A stretch of 64,000 nucleotides of DNA from positions 288,001 to 352,000 of the forward strand of contig CBDHDG010000005.1 in NCBI GenBank assembly GCA_965261595.1. The letters are read 5' to 3'. Positions 31,761 through 41,818 of this stretch are shown here, one piece after another. Source of the stretch: a bacterium. Lineage in GTDB: Bacteria; UBA8248; JACPRG01; G963555815. Under the pieces are notes generated by a model that saw only the letters and a list, made by a program, of their open reading frames with translations, had not been told where the DNA came from and searched no databases. Both the position numbers and the translations under genes were made by a program. Numbering within the stretch: the stretch's first letter is position 1; the number at the start of each line of letters is the position of its first letter.

Positions 31761-33026
31761 TCAAGTGTGATACTCCGCGTTGATTCGGACGTATTCATAG
31801 CTGAGATCGGAGGTCCAGACCGTTGCGGTCCCGTCCGCCACCCCCAGGTCGATCTCGATCTCCACCTCCGGACCGTCCAGCGGTTTCGCCCCTTCGGGGT
31901 GGGCCCTTCCGCCGCCGAACGTCTCCGCCCCGTTGAGCTTGACCCGGAGCGTTTCGGGACGCACCTCCACGCCGCTGGCCCCCGCCGCCGAGACGATCCG
32001 GCCCCAATTGGGGTCTCGGCCGAACAGGGCGGTCTTGACCAGGTTCGAATCCGCGATGGCGAAGGCCGCCGTCCGCGCCTGCCGGTTGTCCGCCGCGCCG
32101 CTCACCCGGACGGTGACGAACTGGGTCGCCCCTTCGCCGTCCCGCACAATGGCGTGCGCCATTTTCAGACAAACCGCGCTGACGGCCTCCTGAAAGGTTT
32201 CCAGATCCGCGGGCGCGGACGCCCCGACGCCGGACGCCCCGTTGGCCAGGAGGAGGACCGTGTCGTTGGTGCTGGTCTCGCCGTCCACGGTGATGCGGTT
32301 GAACGAATCGTCCGCGGCCCGGATCAGCGTCTTCCGCAAGTCCGCCGGGGCCACCGAGGCGTCCGTCGTCACGAAGGCCAGCATCGTGGCCTGGGGGGGG
32401 GAGGGGGAGGGGGGCGCGCCTTCCGGCGCGGCGAGGCGGGGGCGGATCATCCCGGACCCCTTGGCCATCGCGCCCACGCGCACGCTCCCGCCGGAGAGCT
32501 CCACCTCGATGGCGGCGGTTTTGGGGACGAGATCGGTCGTCAGGATGGCCTGGGCGGCCGCCTCTCCCCCCTGTGTGTCCAGGGACGAGACGGCGGCGGG
32601 GATGGCGCTTTGGATCTTCGCCATGGGCAGCCGGCGGCCTACGATGCCCGTCGAAGCGACCAGGATCTGATCATCGCCGGCGAGCCCCAGGGCTTCCCCG
32701 GTCCGTCGGGCCATGGCGAGGGCGTCCTTTTCCCCCGACTCGCCCGTGCAGGCGTTGGCGTTTCCGCTGTTGATGATGACCGCCCGCGCTTTCCCCCCGT
32801 GGACGCGCTCGCGGCACAGACGGACGGGCGCGGCGGCCAGGGTGTTCCGGGTGAATACGCCGGCAACGGCCGCCTCGCGCTCGGAGAACACCAGGGCGAG
32901 GTCCAGCCCCTCTTGTTTGATCCCCGCCCTCACGCCGGACGCCGTAAAACCCCCCGGTGCCGTGACGCCTCCTTCGACCCATCGGATGGGGGGGGGGGGG
33001 GGAGGAGAGATTTCTCCGGGGTTCAT
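31761..33026 (-). CDS. argJ: Bifunctional ornithine acetyltransferase / N-acetylglutamate synthase
   Basis: NSGNANACTG, KGSGMI, ATML, DGETSTND, DGEGAT, DPNWGR, INAEY. Confidence 0.96.
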   Translation of the reverse strand: MNPGEISPPPPPPIRWVEGGVTAPGGFTASGVRAGIKQEGLDLALVFSEREAAVAGVFTRNTLAAAPVRLCRERVHGGKARAVIINSGNANACTGESGEKDALAMARRTGEALGLAGDDQILVASTGIVGRRLPMAKIQSAIPAAVSSLDTQGGEAAAQAILTTDLVPKTAAIEVELSGGSVRVGAMAKGSGMIRPRLAAPEGAPPSPSPPQATMLAFVTTDASVAPADLRKTLIRAADDSFNRITVDGETSTNDTVLLLANGASGVGASAPADLETFQEAVSAVCLKMAHAIVRDGEGATQFVTVRVSGAADNRQARTAAFAIADSNLVKTALFGRDPNWGRIVSAAGASGVEVRPETLRVKLNGAETFGGGRAHPEGAKPLDGPEVEIEIDLGVADGTATVWTSDLSYEYVRINAEYHT

Positions 33027-34063
33027 ACGGGGACTCCGGATTGGGCGAGGCCCGCGGTTTCCGGGAGCCCCGCCATCAGATTCATGTTCTGAACCGCCGC
33101 GCCGGCGGCGCCCTTGGTCAGATTGTCCAGGGCGGAGACCACCACGACCCGTCCGGTGCGGTCGTCCAGCGCGAAACCCAGGTCGGTGAAGTTCGAGCCC
33201 CGCACTTGGTCCGTGGAAGGGACCCGGCCCGAGGGCATGAGGCGCACGAAAGGCTCGCCGCCGTAGGCCCGCTCGAAGGACGCGTCCAGCTCGGCGGCGC
33301 CGACCCCCTCTTTACGCCGGGCGTAACAGGTGCTCAGGATCCCGCGGTTCATGGGGACCAGATGAGGCGCAAAGGTCAAGGTGACGTCCGACCCCGCGGC
33401 GCCGGAGAGCTCCTGCTCGATCTCCGGCGTGTGCCGATGGGCGCCGATGGAATAGGCCCGGACGCTCTCGTTGACTTCGCAGAAGGAAAACTCCACTTTG
33501 TCTTGTCTCCCGGCGCCGGAAACCCCCGATTTCGCGTCCACCACAATCGAGGCCGGCTCGATGAGGCCGTCGCGCAGAAGCGGCGCCAGGGCCAGGATGG
33601 CCCCGGTCGGATAGCACCCCGGATTGGCCACCAGGCGGGCGTCGCGAATCGCCTCCCGGTGAAGCTCGGGCAGACCGTAGACGGCCTCGTCCAGACGGGC
33701 CGCGTCGGTGTGTTTCGTCCCATACCAGGTTTCGTACACGTCCGGAAGCTTGAGGCGGTAATCGGCGCTGAAATCGACGACTTTTTTCCCGGACGCCAGG
33801 ACGGCCGGGACCGCATTCATCGCGGTTCGGTGGGGGAGGGCGGTGAAGACCAGATCGGCCCCTTCGCCGACGGTCGCCGGGTCCAGGGGCGCAAGCTTCG
33901 CTTCGATGACTCCCTGGAAGGCCGGCAGAACTTCGCCCAGCGTCCGGCCCGCAAACGTCTCCGAGGTGAGGCGGACGATCTCCACCTGAGGATGGGCGGC
34001 CAGGATACGCAACAGTTCGCCTCCCGCGTATCCGGTGGCGCCCGCAACAGCAATGCGCAGCAT
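33023..34063 (-). CDS. argC: N-acetyl-gamma-glutamyl-phosphate reductase
   Basis: GATGYAG, ANPGCYPT, SGVSGAG, HRHTPEI, DNLTKGAAG. Confidence 0.97.
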   Translation of the reverse strand: MLRIAVAGATGYAGGELLRILAAHPQVEIVRLTSETFAGRTLGEVLPAFQGVIEAKLAPLDPATVGEGADLVFTALPHRTAMNAVPAVLASGKKVVDFSADYRLKLPDVYETWYGTKHTDAARLDEAVYGLPELHREAIRDARLVANPGCYPTGAILALAPLLRDGLIEPASIVVDAKSGVSGAGRQDKVEFSFCEVNESVRAYSIGAHRHTPEIEQELSGAAGSDVTLTFAPHLVPMNRGILSTCYARRKEGVGAAELDASFERAYGGEPFVRLMPSGRVPSTDQVRGSNFTDLGFALDDRTGRVVVVSALDNLTKGAAGAAVQNMNLMAGLPETAGLAQSGVPV

Positions 34064-34123
34064 CCTTCCGCGATCCTTTACAGGGCGGGGTTCAGCCCTC
34101 CGAGCCCGGGACGGGCGCCGGTC

Positions 34124-34513
34124 TTATCGTTTGGAGAATTGGAAGCGGGCGCGCGCGCCTTTCTGACCATACTTTTTTCGTTCTTTGACGCGCGGATCGC
34201 GTGTCAAGAAACCGGCGCGCTTCAGTAAGATTCGGTGATTGGGGTCCGCTTCGACCAGGGCTTTGGCGATGCCGTGCCGAATGGCGCCGGTCTGACCTGA
34301 GAGCCCCCCGCCCTTGACGGTGATGAAGGCGTCATACTGGCCCCAGGTTTCGGTTGTGTTGAACACCGATTTCAGGGCCATCTGCGCCGTTTCCCGCGGG
34401 AAGTACTCCTCGATGGGGCGGCGGTTGACCATGATGCGGCCGGGTCCGGCGCTCAACCAGACGCGCGCGATGGCGGATTTTCGTTTTCCCGTGGCGTAGA
34501 AGCGGTCGGCCAT
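34124..34513 (-). CDS. rpsI: 30S ribosomal protein S9
   Basis: [34 protein letters not shown]. Confidence 0.98.
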   Translation of the reverse strand: MADRFYATGKRKSAIARVWLSAGPGRIMVNRRPIEEYFPRETAQMALKSVFNTTETWGQYDAFITVKGGGLSGQTGAIRHGIAKALVEADPNHRILLKRAGFLTRDPRVKERKKYGQKGARARFQFSKR

Positions 34514-34536
34514 AATGTCTCTCGCTGTCTTCTCTT

Positions 34537-34980
34537 TCAGGTCTCGAGCGGCTGCGGCTGCTGGGCCTCGTGCTCGTGGTCCGGCCCGGCGTACACTTTG
34601 AGTTTTTTCAGCATGGAGCGGCCGAGGGAATTTTTCGGCATCATCCCTTTGACGGCCATTTCGATGATCCGCTCCGGATGGGCGCCGGTGAGGATCTCTT
34701 CGGCCGTTCTGGCCTTAATCCCGCCCGGATACCCCGAGTGGCGGTAATACACCTTGTCCGTCCGTTTTTTGCCGGTCAAAACCACCTGTTCCGCGTTGAT
34801 CACGATCACGTGATCGCCCCCGTCCACGTGGGGGGTGTAGATCGGTTTGTGCTTGCCCCGCAAGATGGTCGCGATGCGGGTCGCCAGACGGCCGAGAACC
34901 TGACCCTTGGCGTCCGTCACGTACCACTTTCGCTCCTTCAGGGCGTCTTCTTTTCGCAACGAGAAAGTTTTCTGCGGCAT
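34537..34980 (-). CDS. rplM: 50S ribosomal protein L13
   Basis: [29 protein letters not shown]. Confidence 0.98.
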   Translation of the reverse strand: MPQKTFSLRKEDALKERKWYVTDAKGQVLGRLATRIATILRGKHKPIYTPHVDGGDHVIVINAEQVVLTGKKRTDKVYYRHSGYPGGIKARTAEEILTGAHPERIIEMAVKGMMPKNSLGRSMLKKLKVYAGPDHEHEAQQPQPLET

Positions 34981-35023
34981 GATCCCACCGACTCCACCGA
35001 ATCAATAAGAGACAAGAGAGGCT

Positions 35024-35051
35024 AATTTACTCCAGCCCCGGTTGATGTCAA
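35024..35051 (-). promoter_or_regulatory. Putative sigma70 promoter of rplM-rpsI
   Basis: Minus strand TTGACA-16 nt-TAAATT, ~45 nt upstream of rplM. Confidence 0.55.
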
Positions 35052-35078
35052 GCGATTCAAGCCGTCCGGCTCAATTCC

Positions 35079-36026
35079 TTAGGAGAGGCTTGCGGCGCTT
35101 TGTTGGAACCATTCCACGGTTGTCCGAAGCCCGTTCGTCAGCCCCACGGCCGGTTCATAGCCCAAGATCTCACGGGCGAGGCTGATATCGGCCTGCGAGT
35201 CCCGGACGTCGCCCGGGCGGGCGGCCCCATAGTCCGCCTCGACGGAGGACCCGGTGATCTCCCGAAGCAGGGCGAGCAGATCGTTCAAAGAAGTCCGCGT
35301 TCCGCACGCCACGTTGAAGGTCCGGCCCGGGGCCTTCTCGGCCGCCGCCGCCCGCAGGTTCGCGTCCACCGCGTTGGAGACGAAGGTGAAGTCCCGGGTC
35401 TGTTCGCCGTCTCCGAAGACCATCGGGCGCTTGCCGCCGAGGTGGGCGCGAATGAAACGGGGGATGACGGCCGCATAATCGGAGCCGGGGTCCTGCCGGG
35501 GTCCGAACACGTTGAAATAGCGCAGCGCCACGGTTTCGAGGCCATGCAGGTTGTAATAGATCCGGCAGTACCACTCGCCGGATAGCTTGCTCAAGGCGTA
35601 GGGCGATAGCGGGTTCGGCGGTTGTTCTTCATGCTTGGGCAGGGTGGCGGTGTCGCCATAGACCGAAGAGGAGGACGAATAGATGACCCTTCGAACGCCT
35701 TCGGACTTAGCGGCTTCCAGGACCTGCAGGGTCCCCATCGCGTTGACCGCCTCCGACTCCAGCGGAAACTGGACTGAGCGCTGAACCGAGGGCAGGGCGG
35801 CCAGGTGAAAGACGCATTCCACGCCCCGGACCGCCCGTTTGAGGGCCGCGGGGTCCCGGATGTCCCCCTCGATGAGCTCGATCCCTTGGCCGAGATCTTT
35901 CAGGTTTTCGGAAGACCCGGTGGATTTGTTATCGAGGACGCGGACCGCGTCCCCGCGCTCGGCGAGCCGGGCGGCGAGGTGGGAGCCGATGAATCCCGCG
36001 CCCCCGGTGACCAGGTGATGTGCCAT
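35079..36026 (-). CDS. NAD-dependent UDP-sugar 4-epimerase (WbpP/TviC-like SDR)
   Basis: TGGAGFIGS, SSSSVYG, YALSK, RYFNVFGPRQ. Confidence 0.92.
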   Translation of the reverse strand: MAHHLVTGGAGFIGSHLAARLAERGDAVRVLDNKSTGSSENLKDLGQGIELIEGDIRDPAALKRAVRGVECVFHLAALPSVQRSVQFPLESEAVNAMGTLQVLEAAKSEGVRRVIYSSSSSVYGDTATLPKHEEQPPNPLSPYALSKLSGEWYCRIYYNLHGLETVALRYFNVFGPRQDPGSDYAAVIPRFIRAHLGGKRPMVFGDGEQTRDFTFVSNAVDANLRAAAAEKAPGRTFNVACGTRTSLNDLLALLREITGSSVEADYGAARPGDVRDSQADISLAREILGYEPAVGLTNGLRTTVEWFQQSAASLS

Positions 36027-36094
36027 TTGTCCTCTTTCTTCACGGCCGCGCGACGCACCGCCTCTTTCGAGTCCGCCCCGACGGGGGGGAAGGC

Positions 36095-37390
36095 TCAGAG
36101 CTTGAAAATCTTGCGGTTTTTGAATTTCTTGAACGCGTTGCGTGTGTCCACGATGATTTTTGCGTCTTTGAGGAGGTCCTTCAGCGCGAAGGCCTTGTGA
36201 TCGGTGAGGAGGACGATGCAATCGGCCGCCCGTAAGACCGCCGGCCGGGCCTCCACCCCCTTGAGCCGCTTGTCGAGTACCCGGATTTCCGACACGAAGG
36301 GGTCGGTGTAAGACAACCGGGCGCCCCGCTCGGCCAGGAGGGTGAGGACATCCAGGGCGGGGGATTCCCGGATATCGTCGGTGTCCCGCTTGTAGGTGAC
36401 GCCCAGGGCGTGGACGCGGGAGCCCCGGACGCTCTTGCTGCGTTTGTTCAGGGCCTCGGTGACCTTCTCGACCACGAAGGCGGGCATCATGGAATTGACC
36501 GTGCCCGCCAGCTCGATGAAGCGGGCTTCAAAGCCGTTCATCTTCGCCTTCCAGGAGAGGTAGAAGGGATCGACCGGGATGCAGTGGCCGCCCAAACCCG
36601 GGCCGGGATAAAAAGGCATGAATCCGAACGGCTTGGTGCTGGCCGCGTCGATGACCTCCCAGACGTCGATCTTGAGCTGATTGCACAGCAGGGCCATCTC
36701 GTTCACCATGCCGATGTTCACGCTCCGGAACGTGTTTTCCAGAAGCTTGACCAGCTCCGCCACGCGCGTGGAGGAAACGGGGACGACTTCATCGATGCAG
36801 TTGCGATAGAGCGCGGCCGCCAGCTTGCAGCACGCCGGCGTGATGCCTCCCACCACCTTGGGGATGCTCCGGGTGGAGTATTCGGGGTTGCCGGGATCCA
36901 CCCGTTCCGGGGAGAAAGCGAGATGAAAATCCCGCCCGACGCAAAGCCCGGTCTCCTCCAGAATGGGCAGGACAATTTCCTCGGTGGTTCCGGGATAGGT
37001 TGTGCTTTCCAGGATGACCAGCAAACCCCGGTGCAGATGGTCTCGGACATTCTCGGTGGCGGCGATGACATAAGACAGGTCCGGATCCTTTGTCTTTCGC
37101 AGGGGGGTCGGAACACAGACGTTCACCGAATCCATCTGCCGAATCTCGGAATAGTCAACGGTGGCGCGAAGCCCCTTCTCCCGGACAGCCCGGCGAAGCA
37201 ACGCTTCGGACACATCGGGAATGTAACTTTTCCCCTTGTTGATCCGGCGGACCTTGTCGGCGTCGATATCGATGATGGTTACGTCGTACCCGGCCATGGC
37301 AAACTCCACGGCCAAGGGAAGGCCGACGTAGCCCGCCCCGATCACGGCTGAGCGAATCTTTCGGTTCTCGATGGCTTGAATCAGATTCAT
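36095..37390 (-). CDS. UDP-N-acetylhexosamine 6-dehydrogenase (WbpA/WecC-like)
   Basis: GAGYVGLP, CVPTP, ESTTYPGTT, PERVDPG, GGHCIPVDP. Confidence 0.92.
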   Translation of the reverse strand: MNLIQAIENRKIRSAVIGAGYVGLPLAVEFAMAGYDVTIIDIDADKVRRINKGKSYIPDVSEALLRRAVREKGLRATVDYSEIRQMDSVNVCVPTPLRKTKDPDLSYVIAATENVRDHLHRGLLVILESTTYPGTTEEIVLPILEETGLCVGRDFHLAFSPERVDPGNPEYSTRSIPKVVGGITPACCKLAAALYRNCIDEVVPVSSTRVAELVKLLENTFRSVNIGMVNEMALLCNQLKIDVWEVIDAASTKPFGFMPFYPGPGLGGHCIPVDPFYLSWKAKMNGFEARFIELAGTVNSMMPAFVVEKVTEALNKRSKSVRGSRVHALGVTYKRDTDDIRESPALDVLTLLAERGARLSYTDPFVSEIRVLDKRLKGVEARPAVLRAADCIVLLTDHKAFALKDLLKDAKIIVDTRNAFKKFKNRKIFKL

Positions 37391-37724
37391 GAATGGTCCA
37401 ATGACGGTGTCCAAACGCCTCATCGCCTTGCCATCCGCCGCGACATGTCGGACCGGTGGGGCGATGAGGCACACAGTATCACAATTGGTTCGGAAAGAAA
37501 CGGACCGCGCGGCCATCCGGGCTGTCGAGGGTCAAAATACGGTCTCAGCGATATTTTCAGAAAGGCGGTTTTGGGAAGTCGAAAGGAATGAACCTTTACA
37601 TCGGAAAGCTACGGCCGGACTGAGCATTTCGCCCTGATCGGCCTGAGAATCAGAGACTGCGCCGGGGAGGGAGGAGATGGGGGGGAGGGGGATTTCCACC
37701 AGGATAGGGGAGCGCCCCGGCTGA

Positions 37725-38204
37725 CTAGCGGCGGTTTTTCAAGTCCTTCATGATCTGGTCTTTCGCCTGCGCCTTGGCTTCCTTGATTGACGTCTTGACC
37801 TGGGATTCGATGACACTTGCCATCTTGCCTTCCAAATCCATGTTCAGGATCGCGTTGAGAATGAACGCCGCGAAGCCCACGGCCACCGTGATCCCCACAA
37901 ACATCTTCATCTGCCGCCTCATACCGCGCCGAATTCGCCGCCGACCCTTCTGGCTCGATGACCTCCTCGAATGGGACGGCCTCCTCGAAAGGGACGGCCT
38001 CCTCGAATGGGACGATTTTCTCGAACGGGACGGCCGATTATCCCCGGACGAAGACCTTCCCGGACTCGGGCTTGCCGATCTTGTATTGGCGGAGGTTCGC
38101 TGTGGAGGACAGGAGCCGCGGCGGGAGGAGGAACCGCTGGCTGCCCCGCGGGCCCCGGGGGCTCCGGGAGCCTTCGGCCTTCGCCTGGGCGGTGAGGAAC
38201 TCAT
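37725..38204 (-). CDS. Hypothetical protein: Ser/Arg-rich disordered N-terminus, one TM, coiled-coil tail
   Basis: Low-complexity repeats (SRRPSH), hydrophobic MFVGITVAVGFAAFILNAIL. Confidence 0.55.
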   Translation of the reverse strand: MSSSPPRRRPKAPGAPGARGAASGSSSRRGSCPPQRTSANTRSASPSPGRSSSGDNRPSRSRKSSHSRRPSLSRRPSHSRRSSSQKGRRRIRRGMRRQMKMFVGITVAVGFAAFILNAILNMDLEGKMASVIESQVKTSIKEAKAQAKDQIMKDLKNRR

Positions 38205-38563
38205 TGTCGGCGCTTCTCCCGAGAGCGATTCATGAATCGCGGCATAGGAACCATGGATGCCTCATACGCTGAATTTGAACCTTTTTCACAAGGCTTTTCA
38301 AGGGGAAAGCCAATGTAATCACCCTGTTACGCAATTCTCCCGAAGAGGCTGGACTCCAAGCCGATTGCGTAGCGGCGAACCATTTTCTTTCAATCTTGAA
38401 GCCGCGAGACCCACATCCGGGACGCAATCCGGAGCGGCGATTCATGAATCCGAGAAAAATCAGCGCGCGTCTAGGCTGAATCCGGCGCTAATCGAGCCCA
38501 TGTCGGTCATCAAACCGTGAAAAACCGGATATTTAACTTAATCGAGAAAATGTTCAATCTTTT

Positions 38564-38596
38564 TAAATTCTTGATGTTATGGCATGAAAGTTGTGA
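38564..38596 (+). promoter_or_regulatory. IHF-site-like and sigma54-like motifs upstream of the polysaccharide export genes
   Basis: TAAATTCTTGATG (cf. YAAnnnnTTGATW) and TGGCATGAAAGTTGT (cf. TGGCAC-N5-TTGC, with the -12 C mismatched). Confidence 0.3.
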
Positions 38597-38683
38597 AATC
38601 TTCTGAAGGTCCGCGCTTGATGGGGCGGGAGTGGAAATTCTTGATGGTGGATTCCCGACTTGATGGGGAGGAGAACGAAACGT

Positions 38684-41600
38684 ATGCGGAATGCCAAAAT
38701 TTTGATGCCCGCTTTCTTGGACGCGACCGGCCGATCGGCTTGGATCCGCCTCGGGGTGTTCGGTTTGTTCATGGCATTTCTTTTGATCGGCTGCAATTCT
38801 CACTTTATGAGGCCCTTCCGGGTCAAGTCGGACCCGAATGAAGTTCTTCTAGAGCTCGGTCCTCCAAGCGCGGGGCATTTCAAGGCCGTTGTCATGGCCG
38901 ATTTCAACGGAGACCGGATTCTGGATCTCGCCGCCGGCGACGTGCGGAACGGGCGGATTCTGGTCTGGTATGGCGGTCCCCGCGTCACATGGAAGCGGCC
39001 CATCGCCATCAAGACCGATGGAGAGGTCAGAGACCTCGTCGCCATCGACTTGAACGGGGACGGCCTCTCGGACATCGCCTACAGCCTGCGCGGCACCCCC
39101 GGAGGCGTCTATACCTTAATCAGCGCGCCGACCGAAAAGGCGAAGTGGCGCGCCGGGACGCCGGCCGCCCTGGAAGGTCTCTACGAGGGACTCAGCGTGG
39201 CGGATGTCAACGGCGACGGGAAGTGGGACTTGGCCGCGGCGAACGGCACGGCGGAACGGAACGGCGGGGTTCAGGTGTTCCTCGGCGACGGCCGGGGCGG
39301 GTGGTTGGGGGAGTCCGGCCCGACGCGCGGCGGCATATTTCGCGACGTGAAGCTTGTGGACTTGAACGGCGACGGCCTCACCGATTTGGCGGCCGCCGGC
39401 TGGGGCCCCGTGTCCGGCCTCCGAGTCTGGTTGCAGCGTGAGAAGGGCGGCGGTTGGAAGGGACTTCCGCTCATCGTCCGGGGCAACTTTTGGGGCGTCT
39501 GGGCGTCGGATCTCAATCGCGACGGCCGGATCGACCTGGCCGGCGCCACTTTTCAGAACGGTGTCCGGGTTTACTGGGGAAAAGGGGACGGCCAGTTCGA
39601 GAAGGGCAAGTCGCCGGTGCGGGATGGAAGCTTCTGGAGGGTCCGCTCCGCGGACATGAACGGCGACGGCGCCCCCGACCTGCTGGCCACCAGCATCGAC
39701 GGAGGCGGCGTCCGCCTCTGGCTCAATGACGGCAGGGGCCGGTGGGAGGCGGACCCGCGGTATCTGCCGAAGTTCGGGGTTTTCTACGGCCTCGAAGTCC
39801 GGGACATCGACCGGGACGGAAAGCTGGACGTGACCGTCGCCAGCCGGCAGGACGGCGTCAAAGTCTGGCTGCGGGGGCCGACCGCGCCTTTCGCGAATTC
39901 CGGCCTGCCGAAGGGCTTGGCGCGCGCCGCCGCCGTGGCAAGGATGCGGCACGATGTGCGCAACGGGGCTGACGCCGGGGCAAGACCCGTCCGCAAGGCG
40001 GTCTCCGGCGGCGGGCCGGTCCCGGACAACAAATCCATGTCTCGGCTTCACCCCGGTTTGTTCTATCCGGCCGACGCGGTGAACGGGCCTTTATCAAAAC
40101 GGAAAAGGCTCCCTTCCGCCGCGAAGGTGATTCCTCCGGTTTCCGTTGTCAAGGTTGCGCGCGCGGATCGTCCCGGCCGCTCCGTCCGTTTTCAGGGGGG
40201 GGCGGCCCCGGTCAAGGGCGAAGGGTCCGGTTTTCCGGACGGGACCCGGGTGGCTCAAGCAACGAGGAGGCGACGTCCGATACCGGCCGAAAAAGAGGGC
40301 TGGGAGCCTCCGGGAACACCCAGACCTTACAGAATCGGCGTCGGCGACCAGTTGGCCATTAACATCTGGCGGGGGCTGAAGGCGGACGTGAACCGGGTGC
40401 TCGTGGACGAGCAGGGCAAGGTCGGGTTTACGTTCCTGGAAAACGTACAGGCGGCGGGTCTGACGGCCACCCAGTTGGACGCGTCGATCTCCCGGCTGCT
40501 GAGGAAATTCATCAAAAGGCCCCGTCTGGATCTCCGCGTGATAGAGTTCCGCAGCCAACACCATACGATGCTGGGCGAGGTCGGGCGGCAGGGCCGCTTT
40601 CCCATCATGGGTCCGATTCGAGTTTTCGACGCCGTCATCGCCGCGGGGGGCGCCAAAACCGGATCGGACATCAAGCGCACCAGGGTGCTTCGCGGCGGCA
40701 AGTCCATCCCGGTCGCATTGAACAAGATCTTCGATGGCGACCAGAGGACGAACATCCTCCTCCAGCACGGCGACCAAGTCCTGGTCCCCAAGCTGGACAT
40801 TCGTCGGGGGGCGATCCGGGTCGTCGGACAGGTTCCGAGACAGGGGAGCTACCCTGCCGGGGAGGGGCTGCGCGTTTTGGACGCGGTCCTGAGGGCCGGG
40901 TGCTGCCGCCGGGTGTCTGGGGGCGACCCGCTGCCCGATATTAGCAGGACCCGCGTGATCCGCAAGGGCAGGATCATCCCGGTGGACCTGAATACGGTCA
41001 TCCTGCGGGGAGACCAGCGGCAGAACATCGTTCTGAAGGATGGGGACCAAGTGATTGTTCCCGGGGAGCCCAGGGGCTCCCTGACGGTGGTGGGGGAGAT
41101 CCGCCAGCCGGGCCGGTACAAGATCGAGGGCCGGACCCAGCTTCTGGACGTGATCCTGCTGGCGGGCGGACACCGGGACGCCGCGGACCTGACGCAGGTG
41201 AAGATATTCCGGGGGGGGGCAGACGATCCTGGTCAATCTGGCCCAGGTCCTTTTTCAGGGCGACGCCAAGCAGAACGTTCTCATCCGGGACGGAGATCAG
41301 ATCGTGGTCCCCTCCCTGCCGGCCGAGCGGCAGCGGAAGCTGGAAAGAGACCGCCGGATCTACGCCCTGGGGGAGCTCAAGAACCCCGGTTCTTACTCCT
41401 TCAGGCCGGATGTCCAGAACCTGAGTCTGCTCGATGTCCTGACGAGGGCCGGCGGGTTCACGAAATTCGCCGTCGGCTCGAGCGCGAAAATCATCCGCGG
41501 GGACATCGAGCGTCCGGTGATCCTGTCGGCGGACATCGATCGGCTGCTTGAGAAGGGGGACATCACGCAAAACCTCCCCCTCCAGGACCGGGACATCGTG

Positions 41601-41795
41601 TTTATTCCGCGAAGTTTCATTGGAGACGCCAACGACTGGATGGATAAGATCCGGCCGTTCCTGACATTCTTCTTGTTCCCCGGCACGTACCGGGACACCT
41701 ATGCGACCAGCACCGAGTCGCTTCGGGTGGATATCGGCGGGAAGAGAACGGAGTCGACCGGGGGGGCTCAGCAGACGATCGATTTGGCTCAGTAG
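38684..41795 (+). CDS. Lipoprotein fusing FG-GAP/VCBS repeats to a Wza-like Poly_export domain and ~4 SLBB domains; frameshifted in a G9 tract (41211-41219)
   Basis: Lipobox LIGC; seven D-x-N/D-x-D-G-x-x-D repeats; YRIGVGDQL; repeated V.GE/QV..G.Y and NI.L.DGD/DRD units; G8 restores the frame. Confidence 0.85.
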
Positions 41796-41818
41796 CGTCC
41801 TCCCGCTGGAGTTGAGTG

